A stretch of 64,000 nt of DNA, taken from NCBI GenBank assembly GCA_010093605.1, contig MU004193.1:1630579-1694578 (forward strand), read 5' to 3'. Every line of letters begins with the position of its first letter. Position 1 is the first letter of the stretch. Below are positions 49,099-61,945 of this stretch, in pieces. Source of the stretch: Lophium mytilinum (Eukaryota). A program made the translations under genes and the position numbers. The notes under the pieces are model-generated. The model saw only the letters and a list, made by a program, of their open reading frames with translations, did no database searches and had not been told where the DNA came from.

Positions 49099-50160
49099 TC
49101 AACGCCACAACCCGTACGGACCGGTAGTGAATTTCCACAGTTTGATAGTGCCATCCTCGCTGCCAGTGGCATAGAGCTTGCCGTCGGGAGAGAAGCTGAT
49201 CGTCCAGATGGGACCGTGGTGACCTTTACCCATTTCTGTGCACTAGGTTAGCGAATCAAATCATATAGCAATAGATGCGATTGAAGCCATACCTAATTCC
49301 TTCTCCTCATCGAAGTCCCACACCCGCACCCAGGTGTCATTCTGAGAGCTGCCACCCGTCACAAATTTCCGCTGTGCACCGTGCAGTGCCACACTAGCAA
49401 TATCGTATTGCGTCTTCACACTTTTGATCAGAGTAGCCGGTTGCATGCTGTCGAAGAAGTAGGCGGTTTTGCCGGCCGCTACACTCAGCACGCCGTCGGC
49501 CGATGTGTTGTCTAGCTCGCACGTCCCAACCATACCTTCAACCGCGAATTCACCAATGGTCGAGCGCGAGCGCAGATCCCACCACCGCACCATCTTGTCC
49601 TCGGCTGCGGTGATGATGACGTTGCGGTCAGCGCCCCATACGATAGACTTGATGCTACCGGCATGGACGCCTGGACCAATCTCGTAGCTGGGAGGGGTGA
49701 CAGAGGAGGCGGCAGTATCGTATGTAGGGGATGAGGACGCGCTGCTGCTGCGGGAGAGGTCAAAGATGCGAAGCTTCTTCTCCATGCCACCAGTTGCGAG
49801 GATCTGAGGTCGCGGTTGATTGGGGAATGCTACAGCTCGAACAATGTGGTTGTGCTGCAGGGTGTGCAAAGCTTCTCCGGTGTGCGTATCCCATACTTTA
49901 GCAGAGAAGTCGGCGGAGCCTGTTGCTGCTAGTGTAGCGTCAGACGACAGCCGTGCCTGCCATACAGCGCCCTTGTGCCCAATGAAAGTTCCGATCCAGT
50001 CCCCAGTTATGCCATCACGGAGCATGGGGTTGTTGTCCTTGCATGCTGATATGAGGTAGTATTGGTCGTCGTCGACAACGGAGGAGAAGCTCAGGTGGGT
50101 GATGGGGCGGGAGTGTCCATGGCAGGTTAGCGGAACAACTTTGGTCTTCTCGGTGGTCAT
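49099..50160 (-). CDS. STRAP: WD40 protein, serine-threonine kinase receptor-associated protein (STRAP/UNRIP)-like (2 exons)
   Basis: [45 protein letters not shown]. Intron 49292-49236; last exon KGHHGPIW...[12 protein letters not shown]. Confidence 0.9.
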
Positions 50161-51480
50161 GATAAATTTGAATACAACGGTTGGCGTATAGATGCGGACG
50201 TGGTTGACAGGTACGTGGTGGTGGAGGTCGCGTGGCGGAATCGAGATTCGAGGGCACTGTAAAGTGCGGCCTGTTTAATGAAACAGCTAGACCGATGGTG
50301 GTGTGGGAGGGTTCTAGTATTGTAAAGCTAGTCGGAGCTCCCTATGTTGCTCGAGGGATCGTTAGATACTACAGACAAAGGTTGCGGAAATCCGGTTTGC
50401 AGGTGCGTATGCGGTGAATGCGTGGAGCGAAATGGATGGGGAGTCAAGAGATTCGTTTCAATGGTCGTAGCTTCGTTAAGGGCGTTAAAAGGCGAGTGTA
50501 GGCGGGAGGTAGACGGTGAGGCCTGCGATTGAGCAGTGAGGCCCCAATAGCTGTGAGGGAGGGAGACGAGGTGGGATTCAAAAGGAGCCGCAGGACGCTA
50601 GAATAGTCACGTGATTACAACCCCACTCAACCACATCGGGAATGAAGAGTTTGAGCAAGCGGGAGTAGAGACAGAGCCCCTGACTATCAACCAAGGGGTC
50701 TGCGGCTTGGTACCTTTGTAAAGGGGTCTCTGGCTGTAGGACCATGTGCTTCCTAGATCCACGGCGCAAAGGTAGACTCAAGTACCAAGCCATGCTGGCG
50801 AAGGGGGCATCTCCACCTGCATCTGTTGGCTGATAGCATGCAGCTGTTGATAGCATAGGGCCATGGAAGAATAGGATATAGCCCGAGTAGGAGCTTTCTG
50901 GTGAATGGATTCGATCATTGATGCCTGCGGCTTTCATGGGCCCGCGCCCCCCATAGACGTCTGAATAATTTCACATGGAACCCTCTGCATGCTTCCAGTC
51001 CCGAATCATGACGAAGTTTGTCCGGTGGTGCGATTCAGAAGCAAGGAATAGCGGGATGGGAAGAGAGACAAGCCGGTGATGCTCGAAACCACCAAGACTT
51101 CATCGTGAGGTCCTGAAGCAGAGAATCGGCTCTTCAAACGTCCCTCGATATTCGTTGAGGAGCGAGGTCACAGCGGCCGGGGAAGTTTTCCCGAATAAGT
51201 CAGTGGGTTCCGCCGCTTGGCAACATCAACCGCTTCTCCAGCTTTTTTAGTTTGTGGAATTTCCTCCCGCGCTCCCCTCCATCGCCCCGCCTGTCCGTCT
51301 CGAATCTCTATATCCCTCCAACATCCCCCCTCACACGCCCGACGACGCGGGGATGCAATCGGAGTGAATTGAGTCAATTGGAACCCTCAAACCCCCGGTC
51401 GGCACCCAGAGCTCAAATTCCGAATCGCTCCTCAAAAGTACCGAGCTCAACACTTTTCTTCCTCTACACAATCGCCCACA

Positions 51481-52589
51481 ATGGCCACGCCCTCAGGCCC
51501 TTTTGCGCCGCAGTACGTCCACGGCGTCTACATTCCCTGTGGCCTTCTCATCGTAGGCTGTGCGATTGTGAAGTCGGAATGGCTGCCGTACGCCTTTGCC
51601 GTCGCGGCGCTGCTGGGCGGGTGGAAGGTGTACAGTAACCGTGAGCATTCCGGAATATCGCGAGCGGATGGACGAGGCTGACAGAGAGCAGAAGCGCGCA
51701 AGATACTCAAGCCGGACCAGTTCCAACAGTTTGAGCTCAAGGAGAAGACCATTTTGTCGCACAATACCGCCATGTACGTTTCTCACCTTCATCTTCACCG
51801 CTGGTGTCCCGAGCTTCATTCCGGCAATTCTGACAGACTATCGTACGATATAGCTACCGCTTCAAGCTCCCCCGGCCAACCGACATCCTCGGTCTCCCCA
51901 TCGGCCAGCACATCTCCATTGCAGCAACGCTTCCCGGCCAGCCCAAAGAAGTCGTCCGCTCATACACTCCGATCTCCTCCGACCTAACCCCCGGCTACTT
52001 CGACCTCCTCATCAAGTCATACCCCACTGGTAACATCAGCAAGCATGTCGCGTCGCTAATGGTCGGGCAAACGATGAAGGTGCGCGGGCCCAAGGGCGCC
52101 ATGGTCTACAAGCCCAACATGGTCCGACACTTTGGCATGATCGCCGGTGGCACGGGCATTACCCCGATGCTACAGATTATCCGTGCGATTGTGAGAGGCA
52201 GGGCAACAGGGGATAAGACGGAGGTCGATTTGCTGTTTGCGAATGTGAACCCAGAAGATATCTTGCTGAAGGAGGACCTGGATGAACTGGTGAAGGGTGA
52301 TAGCGGATTCCGGGTACATTACGTGCTGAACAACCCACCAGAGGGGTGGAAGGGGGGCGTAGGATTCGTGACGGCGGATATGATGAAGGTAAGAAGTCGT
52401 GGATCGTCTTAAGAGAGTTGTGCTAACGTCGCATTACAGGAGAAACTCCCTGCCCCCGCAAAGGATGTCAAGGTCCTCATTTGCGGCCCACCACCCATGG
52501 TTAGCGCGATGAAGAAGGCCACCGAGTCGCTGGGCTTCCAGAAGGCTAAGCCAGTGAGCAAGCTCGAGGACCAGGTCTTCTGCTTCTAG
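51481..52589 (+). CDS. CBR1: NADH-cytochrome b5 reductase (4 exons)
   Basis: N-terminal membrane anchor; motifs [53 protein letters not shown]; ends DQVFCF* at 52589. Confidence 0.95.
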
Positions 52590-52773
52590 GCAGACGGAGT
52601 AGCGCCGGTAAATACAGACATATGACAGCTCCCGTGTGCATGGCGTACGGACGTTGCTGAAAGACATTAACAACATAGCGCGGTTCATTAGGCGTAGGGC
52701 GGTAGATAAAGACAAAATCTTGTTTGATCGTGGTAACATCTGGCTTCTTCAATTCCTAGACAATTCATCCTCC

Positions 52774-53733
52774 TTATAATGTCTTCCAATCCTCCCCTTC
52801 CCCAATAGGAACCTTCGAACTCCACCCGCCTCTCGCCTCGTCCCCAGGCCGCTGCTCCCCTCTTTTTTCCCACGGTATATTCCTATCATACCGATCCCAA
52901 TGAAACCTATCCATGAAATCCTGCGCCGTCAACTTCTCGCATCCCTTCCCCACCACTCCATCGCCAGGTCTGCCCCACCCCCAAATCACATTTCCGTCAT
53001 TCATCTTCGCATCTCCCTTCCCATCCTCAAGTTCCTGCGCCGCCACCGCGCACAAATCCCTTCGCTTATGCCGCTCCAAACACCGCCCGCACCGCCTTAG
53101 ATTCGGATCCACATCTCCCATACGTTTAACGCGTCGCTGCCCGCTAAGCTCTCGGAACGAGTACCCAGCTTGTTTGATACCCAAGCGCCGGGTCGAGATA
53201 TCGACCTTTTCGTCTTCGGGCTGCAGGGTCCCTTCGCAGATGTATTTGAACCAATTCTGGATGGGCATATGGATGCGATCTTCAACATACACCCCCGAGA
53301 TCAGATAATCAGCTTTCTCCAACAACATCTTATCTAGTTCTTCTTCGTCCTTTCCTGCGATAACCCAGTTCACTTTTTCTCGTTCTAGTCTCCTCTGGGT
53401 TGCTGCTGCGTCCTTCGTGCCCACTTGCGACATGGAGAAGTACACGGTAATCTTCGCTGGGTACAGCTCCGGTGTTGGTAGTTTCGGCGCCGTATCCCAC
53501 CGTGCCCCGAGATCCGGCGGATCGAGCAGGTAGTCTAGCGCGAGCTTGTCGATAGGGGAGGAGGCGCAGAGGATGAACTTGTGCGCACGGCGCATGGCGT
53601 AGCGGATGCGAGTGGGGTAGCGGGGGAGGCCGGTGCGTGTGTCGTCGGGGAATGTGGAGGGAGAGATGTGCTTGGTGCGGATGTAGCAGGTTCGGTGGGG
53701 CTGGTTGGGGGTTGGGGGAGGGTGGGGTGGCAT
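52774..53733 (-). CDS. Hypothetical protein (319 aa)
   Basis: Long single ATG-initiated ORF with a small CxxC..H..C cluster (CGRCLERHKRRDLC). No family recognised. Confidence 0.65.
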   Translation of the reverse strand: MPPHPPPTPNQPHRTCYIRTKHISPSTFPDDTRTGLPRYPTRIRYAMRRAHKFILCASSPIDKLALDYLLDPPDLGARWDTAPKLPTPELYPAKITVYFSMSQVGTKDAAATQRRLEREKVNWVIAGKDEEELDKMLLEKADYLISGVYVEDRIHMPIQNWFKYICEGTLQPEDEKVDISTRRLGIKQAGYSFRELSGQRRVKRMGDVDPNLRRCGRCLERHKRRDLCAVAAQELEDGKGDAKMNDGNVIWGWGRPGDGVVGKGCEKLTAQDFMDRFHWDRYDRNIPWEKRGEQRPGDEARGGWSSKVPIGEGEDWKTL

Positions 53734-54756
53734 TTTGGAGATTGGTTCCTGACTACTCGCTTTGTGTGGGTCTGTAGATATTTAAAGGAGGATGTTCTGC
53801 ACGATATGGGGGGGCTTTTATGTCGCGGAACGAGTGACGGATATGTCGGGGGAAGAGGTGCCCTGAGAGTCGGGCGCTTGTGGCTAGATGTTTTATTTTT
53901 AAGAGTTTATAAAATTGAGGAAGTTTTCTAAAATGCTTATGCGCGCGTTGATGTTTCTCGTAAATCATCAAATCGAACGATGGAGTCATAGCTAGACAAA
54001 ATGAAAGCTATCGCTGATTAAGGAGAGCTACGCTGAAAGAAGTTTACGAGAAGACGAATGTGGAATAGGAGACGGCAAAATCGATAGCTCAGAGCTCCCT
54101 ACTATTGTCCCCTCGTTCTCGTGGTTCTCGTCTCAACACTAGACAGTTCGAGGCGATGGCAGGAGCACGGAAATCCGTGTTCAGCCTTGCAGACGAAAAT
54201 AGCGTGGCTAAGGCTTGGAAATTTTGAATTGGGTGTCGCTACTCGGCCTCCCTGCCTCTTGGCCCCAAAACTCTTCACGAGAATGCTGGCCCCTTTCGCC
54301 TGATTAAAGTCACCAGCCTCAGAGCCTCTAACGCAGCCTCTCGATTTAACGATCAGATCGTCGGTTTAGCATCACGGCGATGTAATCAAACGCCGCAAGA
54401 ACCCCGCAAAGCTGCCTTGTCGTGATGTTTAAGATGTGGCACAGCCATCACTGCGGCCGGGAGGATTCACGCTTAACCGCGTTGAGTGAACCCGTAACCT
54501 CATTAAGAGGGATGCCACAATTTATCATGCAACGGCCCCTACGGCACAGCCTTGCCCAGGCTTTAAGCTTCTGCCTGCTGCGACAAGCTCCGCGAAAGGT
54601 AAATGGGATGGTATACATAAGACGTTCTCTTCCATCCCCACCTCTCTCAATATCAAGCTTCAACCTCACTCTCCACCAATTTCTATGCTCGACCTCACCA
54701 CAATCTCACGCATAACAACCCACTTCTACACCAAAAACCCGCTCTACACCACCACC

Positions 54757-55320
54757 ATGCCTCCATCCGCCCAAAACGCCCCCAGCCGGGCCCTCGCCCT
54801 CCGCAACGCCACCATCCTCGCCTTCCCGCCGGGCTTCCTCCTCGGCCTCATCCACGGCATCATCACCAACCACCTCTTCCCAGCCCTAAGCGCCGTCCCG
54901 CTCTTCGGCTCGGCCGCGCTCGCGCTCGCCATCCACCCAACGCTCCGCTCCAAACTCAGCTACGGCGGCTCGCCCATCTCGCTCTCGCCGACCAACGTGC
55001 TCGCGCTCGACTTCCTGCTCGGCGCCTTTCACTTGCTGTTTCTGATCCTGGCGTGGGTGAACGTGCCGCACACGTACGACCGCGGTAGTATTATGCTGGG
55101 GACGTATGCGACGGTGCCCGGGTTCGTTTGCACGGTGGCGCATGGGTGGTTTGTGGCGCGCGATGTGGGCAGGGTGGTGCAGCATTCGCGGCAGTGTGAG
55201 GAGTGTGCGGCGGGGATGGGCGGGCATGGGGAGGGCGGGCATGGGAGGGGTGGGGAGTATACGCCGCTTACGGTTGGGGAGGACTATGAGGAGGTTGAGG
55301 AGGGGAGGGTTGGCGTTTAG
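54757..55320 (+). CDS. Hypothetical small multi-TM membrane protein (~187 aa)
   Basis: ATG in a strong accaccATG context, four hydrophobic segments, and an acidic tail with YTPL. Confidence 0.75.
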   Translation: MPPSAQNAPSRALALRNATILAFPPGFLLGLIHGIITNHLFPALSAVPLFGSAALALAIHPTLRSKLSYGGSPISLSPTNVLALDFLLGAFHLLFLILAWVNVPHTYDRGSIMLGTYATVPGFVCTVAHGWFVARDVGRVVQHSRQCEECAAGMGGHGEGGHGRGGEYTPLTVGEDYEEVEEGRVGV

Positions 55321-57648
55321 ACGGCGGTAGTTGACGTCTCGTGTGTTCGACGGATTATTACCCACCAAAAGTTTGGAGGTGGAAACTGGTTTGATGCGGG
55401 AGCGGATTCCATCATGATGGCAAACGTTGTATTGTGGAAGGTGAATGGAGTTGATGGATGAGAGTTCGCTCTTTTGGAAAACTTCTTCAAGGGTTTCGGG
55501 TGTTTTTGATGCATGATCTGCAAGGCTCTCATTTACAGATACCAAACTGCACAACTAATTTTCAACCATTCAAACTTACGCACTCCTTATCGATTGACTG
55601 ACACAGCGGGGATAATTCCGGAGCTAGAGGTGAGGTTCACGCATCCAGCCCGCTTCACAATTCATATCGTGAGATCACATCCCACGGCTGGCTCCAGACT
55701 CGAGGTCGCGTTGTTCCCGGAGCAAACAAGTGACTCGGTATCAATCAGCAGGGACCCGACCATGTCACTCCTGTTATCGCAGATAAGCAGACGGTCGGAA
55801 AGCGTGTGCTTTAAGCTGCATAAAGCTGCATCTGCAGTGCTGCACGCCTATCTCTCCGCATGGGTGCCGGAACATCGGGACTGTCTCAGACGCATGCACT
55901 AGATATTGCCTGGCCTAACTAGCCCTGTCCACGGGCGCCTTAAGCTTTTTATCGGCGGCCGCCTGAGATGGGATTCTTAATTGCAGTTCGCGAAATCGGT
56001 GGCGGCCTTCCCTCCCGGGCGGCGGAAACGAGAGTTGACGTAGTAAGTCATATATCCAAAGCAGCGTTATATAGAGCACAAGCACCAATGTGGCCGTCCC
56101 GTCGTCCTGTGGTTCAGTTAGAGAGAGTCGGAAGAGTACTCGTACCAGTAGGCGTCTGCTGATGGCCTGAATGTAGACAACGAGTAAGTTTGCTGGGGCG
56201 ATGCCTTGATATCGTATTATCTCGCCGCGCTGCTGCACGCCGATGAGCTATTGGATGCTGAGTGAGCCGGGGAAGACTTCTTCGCAAGATGTCGCTTGTT
56301 CCGGAGGTCGGTAGCGGCAGTGATTGGCCGGGCGAGTGTGAATTGTCGCGTCACGGGTGATAGGCCCTAGGCGATTGCTGATGTCGCTGCGAGGTGTTCT
56401 ATGCTTAGATTGCATTCGGTGGCGGCTGCACCTCTTCCCGTCGCTAGGCTACATGCGGCGGTCCGTGTTGTTTAGCTGAGGAGCGAGGACGCGTTTCAGG
56501 TGGCCGAAAGGAGTGCCGCATGAGGCAAATGCGCGATGCGCTGTGAAGGCTTCTGCCTCGGGTGCCATGTCTTCAGAACAAGCAATACGCACAGCAGACG
56601 AAGCAAGGGAAAGGCCCATGGCTCGACAGACACACTTCCATGGTTCAAATGCTCGTCTCCCGGATGGACCGGCGATTGAGTAGTGGGCCTCACAGCCTTG
56701 ACAGCGCCAACCTGGGAGAAGGGTCTTGGAAGATGGGAGCATCTGCCATTCTCATGACGACTTGCTGACAGGCCTCCCCTGGTTCACTCACGTCTTCTGT
56801 CCCTCTGCAGGTGCATCAGCCGCGTGGCCGCTGCTCGCTGCTCGCTGCGCCGTGTGGAATGCTGGCCCGATCGGCGCCCCGTGGCCGGGTGAAGCAGCTG
56901 TGAAGGCAGCGCAGAGGCAGCATAAAGGCAGTTGGACGACGTCTGGCAGGTGAAGAGGCAGGAAAGGAGGCCCTTTAAATTGAGGCCCCGCTGTGACTTC
57001 ATCGCGATAGAGCCTGTGCCCAACGGCGCAAGTATAACGACCGATCGGCCCGTCTGTAACGCGCCGCACACTTTCCCAGCGAGCGACCAAGCCGTCTGAT
57101 TCGTCCAAGCATCTCCCAAAAAGGGTTCCATCCTCGAGCGCCCTACCCCCGTGTCTTCTACGCTTCTTCTACGGGTACCTGTCCACCTGCTTGTACCTCT
57201 CTCCTCTCTCTTCTCCTCCTCCGCAGCGCCCTCTGGTCCCCGAGTCCTCGAGTCCTCGAGTCCTCGCTCCCTCTAGCGGTGTATTTGTATCGTCAATTGC
57301 CTCTTCCGCGCCCTTGGTTCAAAGCCTCAGCCGTTTCAGGGTTCAGTCGCTTGGCAGATCTGCGCGTGCGGCTGGCGCTGGGAACATTTCTCTTACCACT
57401 TCTCAGTCACCCATCCACCGCCCGACTCCTGCAGCGCTACCACAGTCTTGCTTGCTGAATCTGCAGGGAAGGCTCACTACCTCACCGACGCCTACCCACA
57501 GACCGGGTCTCCACCGCTGGCGAGCAGTAGACCCGATTTCTTATCTGCCCTTATTTCCCTTCATCCCTTTCACGAGCCAGCCTCCTCACCTGGCTCCCAC
57601 AACCGCAGCTGAACCTCGCAGCTGCAACCCCCCAGGTCTCCCTCAACC

Positions 57649-59028
57649 ATGCTCACCTTCCGCCGCGCATTGGTCCTCGCGGCCGCCATCCTCACCCTCT
57701 TCTTCATCTTCCACTCCTCCCACCGAGACCCGCCGCGGATACACAACGCGAAAGACCACCCCAAGCCCGCCTCCTTAACAAAGACAACGCAGAAGGAGTC
57801 ACCCTCGAAGCAAGAGACTACCGAGCCGCCCAAGCACAAGGACGTGACGTCCTGGAAGACCCCCGGCAGCACCCAGGTGCCTTCCCAGGCCCCGAAAATC
57901 CAGATTCCGCTCGCCGAGCTCCGCAAGCGGCCCCTGCGCGCCCAGCTCGAGTACCAATACCCTTACGACGTCGAGGCCAAGTTCCCAGCGTACATCTGGC
58001 AGACATGGAAGAACACACCCGCGTCGGGCGACTTCGAGCCCATGTTTCGTGAGACAGAGGCAAGCTGGACCATTATGCACCCAACCTTCGTCCACGAGGT
58101 CATCACCGACAACGTCGCCAAGCACCTGATGAGACATCTCTACGCGTCAGTGCCCGAGATTCTCGAAGCCTACGAGGCCTTGCCATTGCCCGTTATGAAG
58201 GCCGACTTCTTCCGCTACCTCATCTTGCTGGCAAGAGGAGGAATATACTCAGACATTGACACTGCGGCGCTGAAGAGTGCAATAGAATGGGTGCCGGCTG
58301 ATGTTCCAAGAAACTCTTTCGGCATGGTCATTGGCATCGAAGCTGATCCAGACAGGCCCGACTGGGCGGATTGGTATTCGCGAAGGATACAGTTTTGCCA
58401 GTGGACCATCCAGGCCAAGCCCGGTCACCCTGTTCTCCGCGAGATTGTCGCCAACATCACCATGGAGACCCTCAAGCGTAAATCAGAAGGTACCCTAACA
58501 AAGGATGTCAAGTCGATTGTCGAGTTCACCGGCCCAGCGCTGTGGACTGACATCATCTTCAACTTTTTCAACGACCCCGAATACTTCGACATGTCCACCA
58601 GCAAGGGCAACATCTCCTGGGAGCACTTCACGGGCATGACTTTAGCAAAGAAGGTCGGTGATGTGGTTGTCCTGCCCATTACTAGCTTCAGCCCTGGTAT
58701 CCGGACCATGAACGCAGGCGAGGACGACGACCCAATGGCATTCGTGAAACACAACTTTGAAGGTACGTTTTGACATCTGCCGCTATGTTTGATTCCGTCA
58801 CCCTCCGTCATATGACCGCAACCTATGCTTGTACTACATGTCACTTGTCATCCTCGCATGCCTCGCACCAGAGCTTTTCGGAACTGTACTACCCCTTAAC
58901 CCTGCATCGTCACATTCCGCCATTTATGTGCACTCCAGATCGTGCAAGCGAAGTTGCTAACCAACCCCGTCACAGGCACCTGGAAACCCGCCGAAGAGCG
59001 TCACATTGGCGAAATCTTCACAGACTAG
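57649..59028 (+). CDS. OCH1: Initiation-specific alpha-1,6-mannosyltransferase (GT32, 2 exons)
   Basis: Type II anchor; motifs FPAYIWQTWK, KADFFRYLILLARGGIYSDID (DxD), GIEADPDRPDW..WYSRRIQFCQWTI, FTGP, LPITSFSPG, KHNFE|GTWK. Intron 58763-58975. Confidence 0.95.
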
Positions 59029-60103
59029 ATCGCTCCCTGCCATCTCAATGTTCGTACCACAAAACTCTACGAATTCCGGCCTCAACCACCCTCAGCCCAC
59101 CATCCTCCAACCTTGCTCCACTACCGTCTCCGAACACGCTTTCAAATAATATCTCGAACCTGTATACCACACGATCTCGCACAACTTCGACTTTTGCTCT
59201 GCATTGCCTGGCGCTGGCCCGGGCCGTTTCCTCCTTATTCTTCCGACCTCGAACACGAATTATAGTTCGAAGGCGTTGTCACTTGAAGGCGCATAGCGCG
59301 GCGTATACCTAAAACTGCATCGACAAGGCAGGGTTCAGCATGATGCTTGGATATCTATAGACTTTTTCTTCTTTTTTCCATTACTATTTCATTGAAGTGC
59401 GGTGTGGAGCGTTGAAAGCAGTTGGAGCGGAATGCCACACAAGTTGGGCTAACAAACCGGCGGATGTTGGATCAGAGTTAGCAAGAGGGGGGAATCAAGA
59501 AGAGAGAATGACAAAGACGCGCACGACGATTCCGGTTCAAGTGCTGAATTCGGAAGCATCGCAATTTGGCGATTTGCTGCGCCGGAAGAGGGGGGTTAGA
59601 CAAGCGACGGGGGGAGTGTCTGGTCTGGTCGGGGCGGGCAGGCGTTCTTCTTGGTGGGGCTCTTTGGTTTCTTAGATCTTTTCTGGGTAGGTTGGGGGGA
59701 TGTTGGGTGGGTTGGGTTGGGGAGTAGGGGCATATATGATATATTGGATATGAATTGGATTTTTGGAAACGGTGGACTCGAGCTCTTGAGATGATACTGG
59801 AACGTGAAACTGCACTCTGAGCCACTACTGGCTGAGGTACCCCGAAGCATTGGAGCACATGAAGGAGTGCATCAACTAGAGGCCTAGCATTGTGGTAATT
59901 ATCAACCTTGAGAACTATGAAATGGTGGGTATCTATAACCAAACCCTGCCCTGCCCTGCCCGGGGCATCCATCTCTCCCATTCCCATATTCCCAAACGCC
60001 AGATACCAGAATGTCTTAAAAAAACATCCAAAAACAAATGAGGTATATCTTTCTCACTGTATAACCCTCCGTTTTCCGTCTCTTCTCCGTCTTGCGACCA
60101 CGT

Positions 60104-60604
60104 CTACCGCCGTCTGCCCGTCACAGCACCCATAACCGTATCCCACACCAGCATCAGCGTATCGCCCAGACTCGGCCGCCGCTCCTCCTTCCTGCCGCCG
60201 TCGTGATGGTGGTGCTCATGCTGCCCGTTCGAGTGGTGCGAGTGCGCGTCGCCGATGGAGTGGTGGCTCCGATGCGACTCGCTCGAGTGGCGCGCGTGCT
60301 CGTTCGAGGGCGGCGAGAGCGAGTGGGAGGAGTGGTGGGAGTGGTGAGAGTGGTGCGAGCGCTGGGACTCGTGGCTGGGGCGGCGGGGTGGGGCCATGGG
60401 GACGAGTTGGTTGTTTGCGGAGTAGTTGGGTTGTTGATTGTAGTGGGGCTGTTGAGCGTATTGAGGCTGTGGGTTGTATTGGGGTTGCGATTGGGGTTGC
60501 GAGTAGTGGACGTGGTTGTGTTGGCTTGCTGCGTACTCGGGTTGAGGCTGTTGGTATGGGTATGCTTGTTGCTGGGGTGGCGGAAAATAGTCTTGTGTTG
60601 ACAT
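60104..60604 (-). CDS. Hypothetical Q/P/Y- and His/Ser-rich small protein (166 aa)
   Basis: ATG in an aaaATG context, low-complexity body, and an amphipathic C-terminal RRPSLGDTLMLVWDTVMG. Confidence 0.7.
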   Translation of the reverse strand: MSTQDYFPPPQQQAYPYQQPQPEYAASQHNHVHYSQPQSQPQYNPQPQYAQQPHYNQQPNYSANNQLVPMAPPRRPSHESQRSHHSHHSHHSSHSLSPPSNEHARHSSESHRSHHSIGDAHSHHSNGQHEHHHHDGGRKEERRPSLGDTLMLVWDTVMGAVTGRRR

Positions 60605-61945
60605 TTTGAATTTGTATGGAGACAGTGGTAGTGAGGAGGGGGTGGTCGTAGCTCGTGATTGTTCGCGAGAGGTGGTGCTGCAGCTTGGAAGGGTTGGTGA
60701 GTGGGGTGGTTGTATAGCTTCCGAGCTTCTTTGGTGATGGGGTGCTAATTGGAGTGGTGTTGGGTGATTTTCTGGTATAGCTCAAATGGGGTGGATTGGG
60801 GTAAAAGAGTAGCAAACAGGTGATGTAGAGAAAGATATATAAACCCTAGAAGGCTGTGCTATGTAAAGAACAAGAGTGGGAATGCCTAGCCTCGTTCATG
60901 ACATAACCCAGCATCGATCACGAGCGGCAGCCTCTTACCGCGGTCGGAAACGAGTCCGGGGAGTCAGAGATCTGGGGTCAGCAGGGGCTACAAACTCTTC
61001 TCTCAGGCAATTCAGCCCGGTGATTCATCACTCGGATGCATAGTAAGCAGGAGTGTGTAATCGCCGCTTCGAACAGCGTCCAGCCTCGTCTACCCGCCGC
61101 CTCTCTTACTGAAATAACCATCGAAACTCGGGCAGAGTAATCACCTGCAAGCACCCCAGCGCGATTCAGCCTTACGGGTGATACCTCGTGCCATGCTTCA
61201 CGCCACCCGCCGGTGCGCTTGGCGGCGGTCAGACGGTGAACGTGATGCAGAAGCGAGCGGGTAGACGGCCGCTGCTGAGAGTGATATGACGTTTGGGATT
61301 CTTGGGGGAAGAGAATCTGCCTTGGCACCGGTGAGACTGAAGATGAACATGATCGACGGGGAGGGTACAGTCTTTTGACACGTCCGGTGACCCAGCGCTA
61401 AACTGAGTCGATCCTGGTATTCCTCTTTTCCGGGCTAGAACTTAAGCGACTCGAGAATTGGTTGGTCAGAAGGGTGCTATTCCTCCCTAAAGGCGCTCGG
61501 AGTCGCTCCTTTATACGGTAAGTTTGTGGCTTGGTATTAGAGAGTGTCCACCGGACGTGTCAAGAGGCTGTACAGTACTTTGGGATCCTCATTGGTGTGA
61601 GAAGTGATGGCATGGTGCGCCCTGGCATTAGGGCGGTGGCGAGGAGGGGTCAACGGTGGAGGTAGGTGGGAAGTGGTACGTTTATAGTGGTAGCCTAGCT
61701 TTCCATACCACTTACCATCACGGTAGCATTGTGTGAAGCTATTGGATCAAAACACCATTTAATAAGCATATGCCAGATTTGTGGCTGTCTCAACGAGACC
61801 AACTCCGTATCTCTATAATAGCTAGACACTCCCTTATAGCATCTTTATATCCCAAATCTCTAAATTACGTCACTTATTACATCCATATATCCAACTTCCT
61901 CAACTCTCAATCAGCACATAGGACCGTACGTGTCAGAATACAGTC

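Noticed and set aside
57241..57266. 8-bp tandem repeat (cgagtcct x3) upstream of OCH1
   Set aside because: Short slippage-type repeat with no evidence of function.
58763..58975. 213-nt OCH1 intron as a snoRNA host
   Set aside because: No clear box C/D pair or H/ACA hairpins visible by eye.
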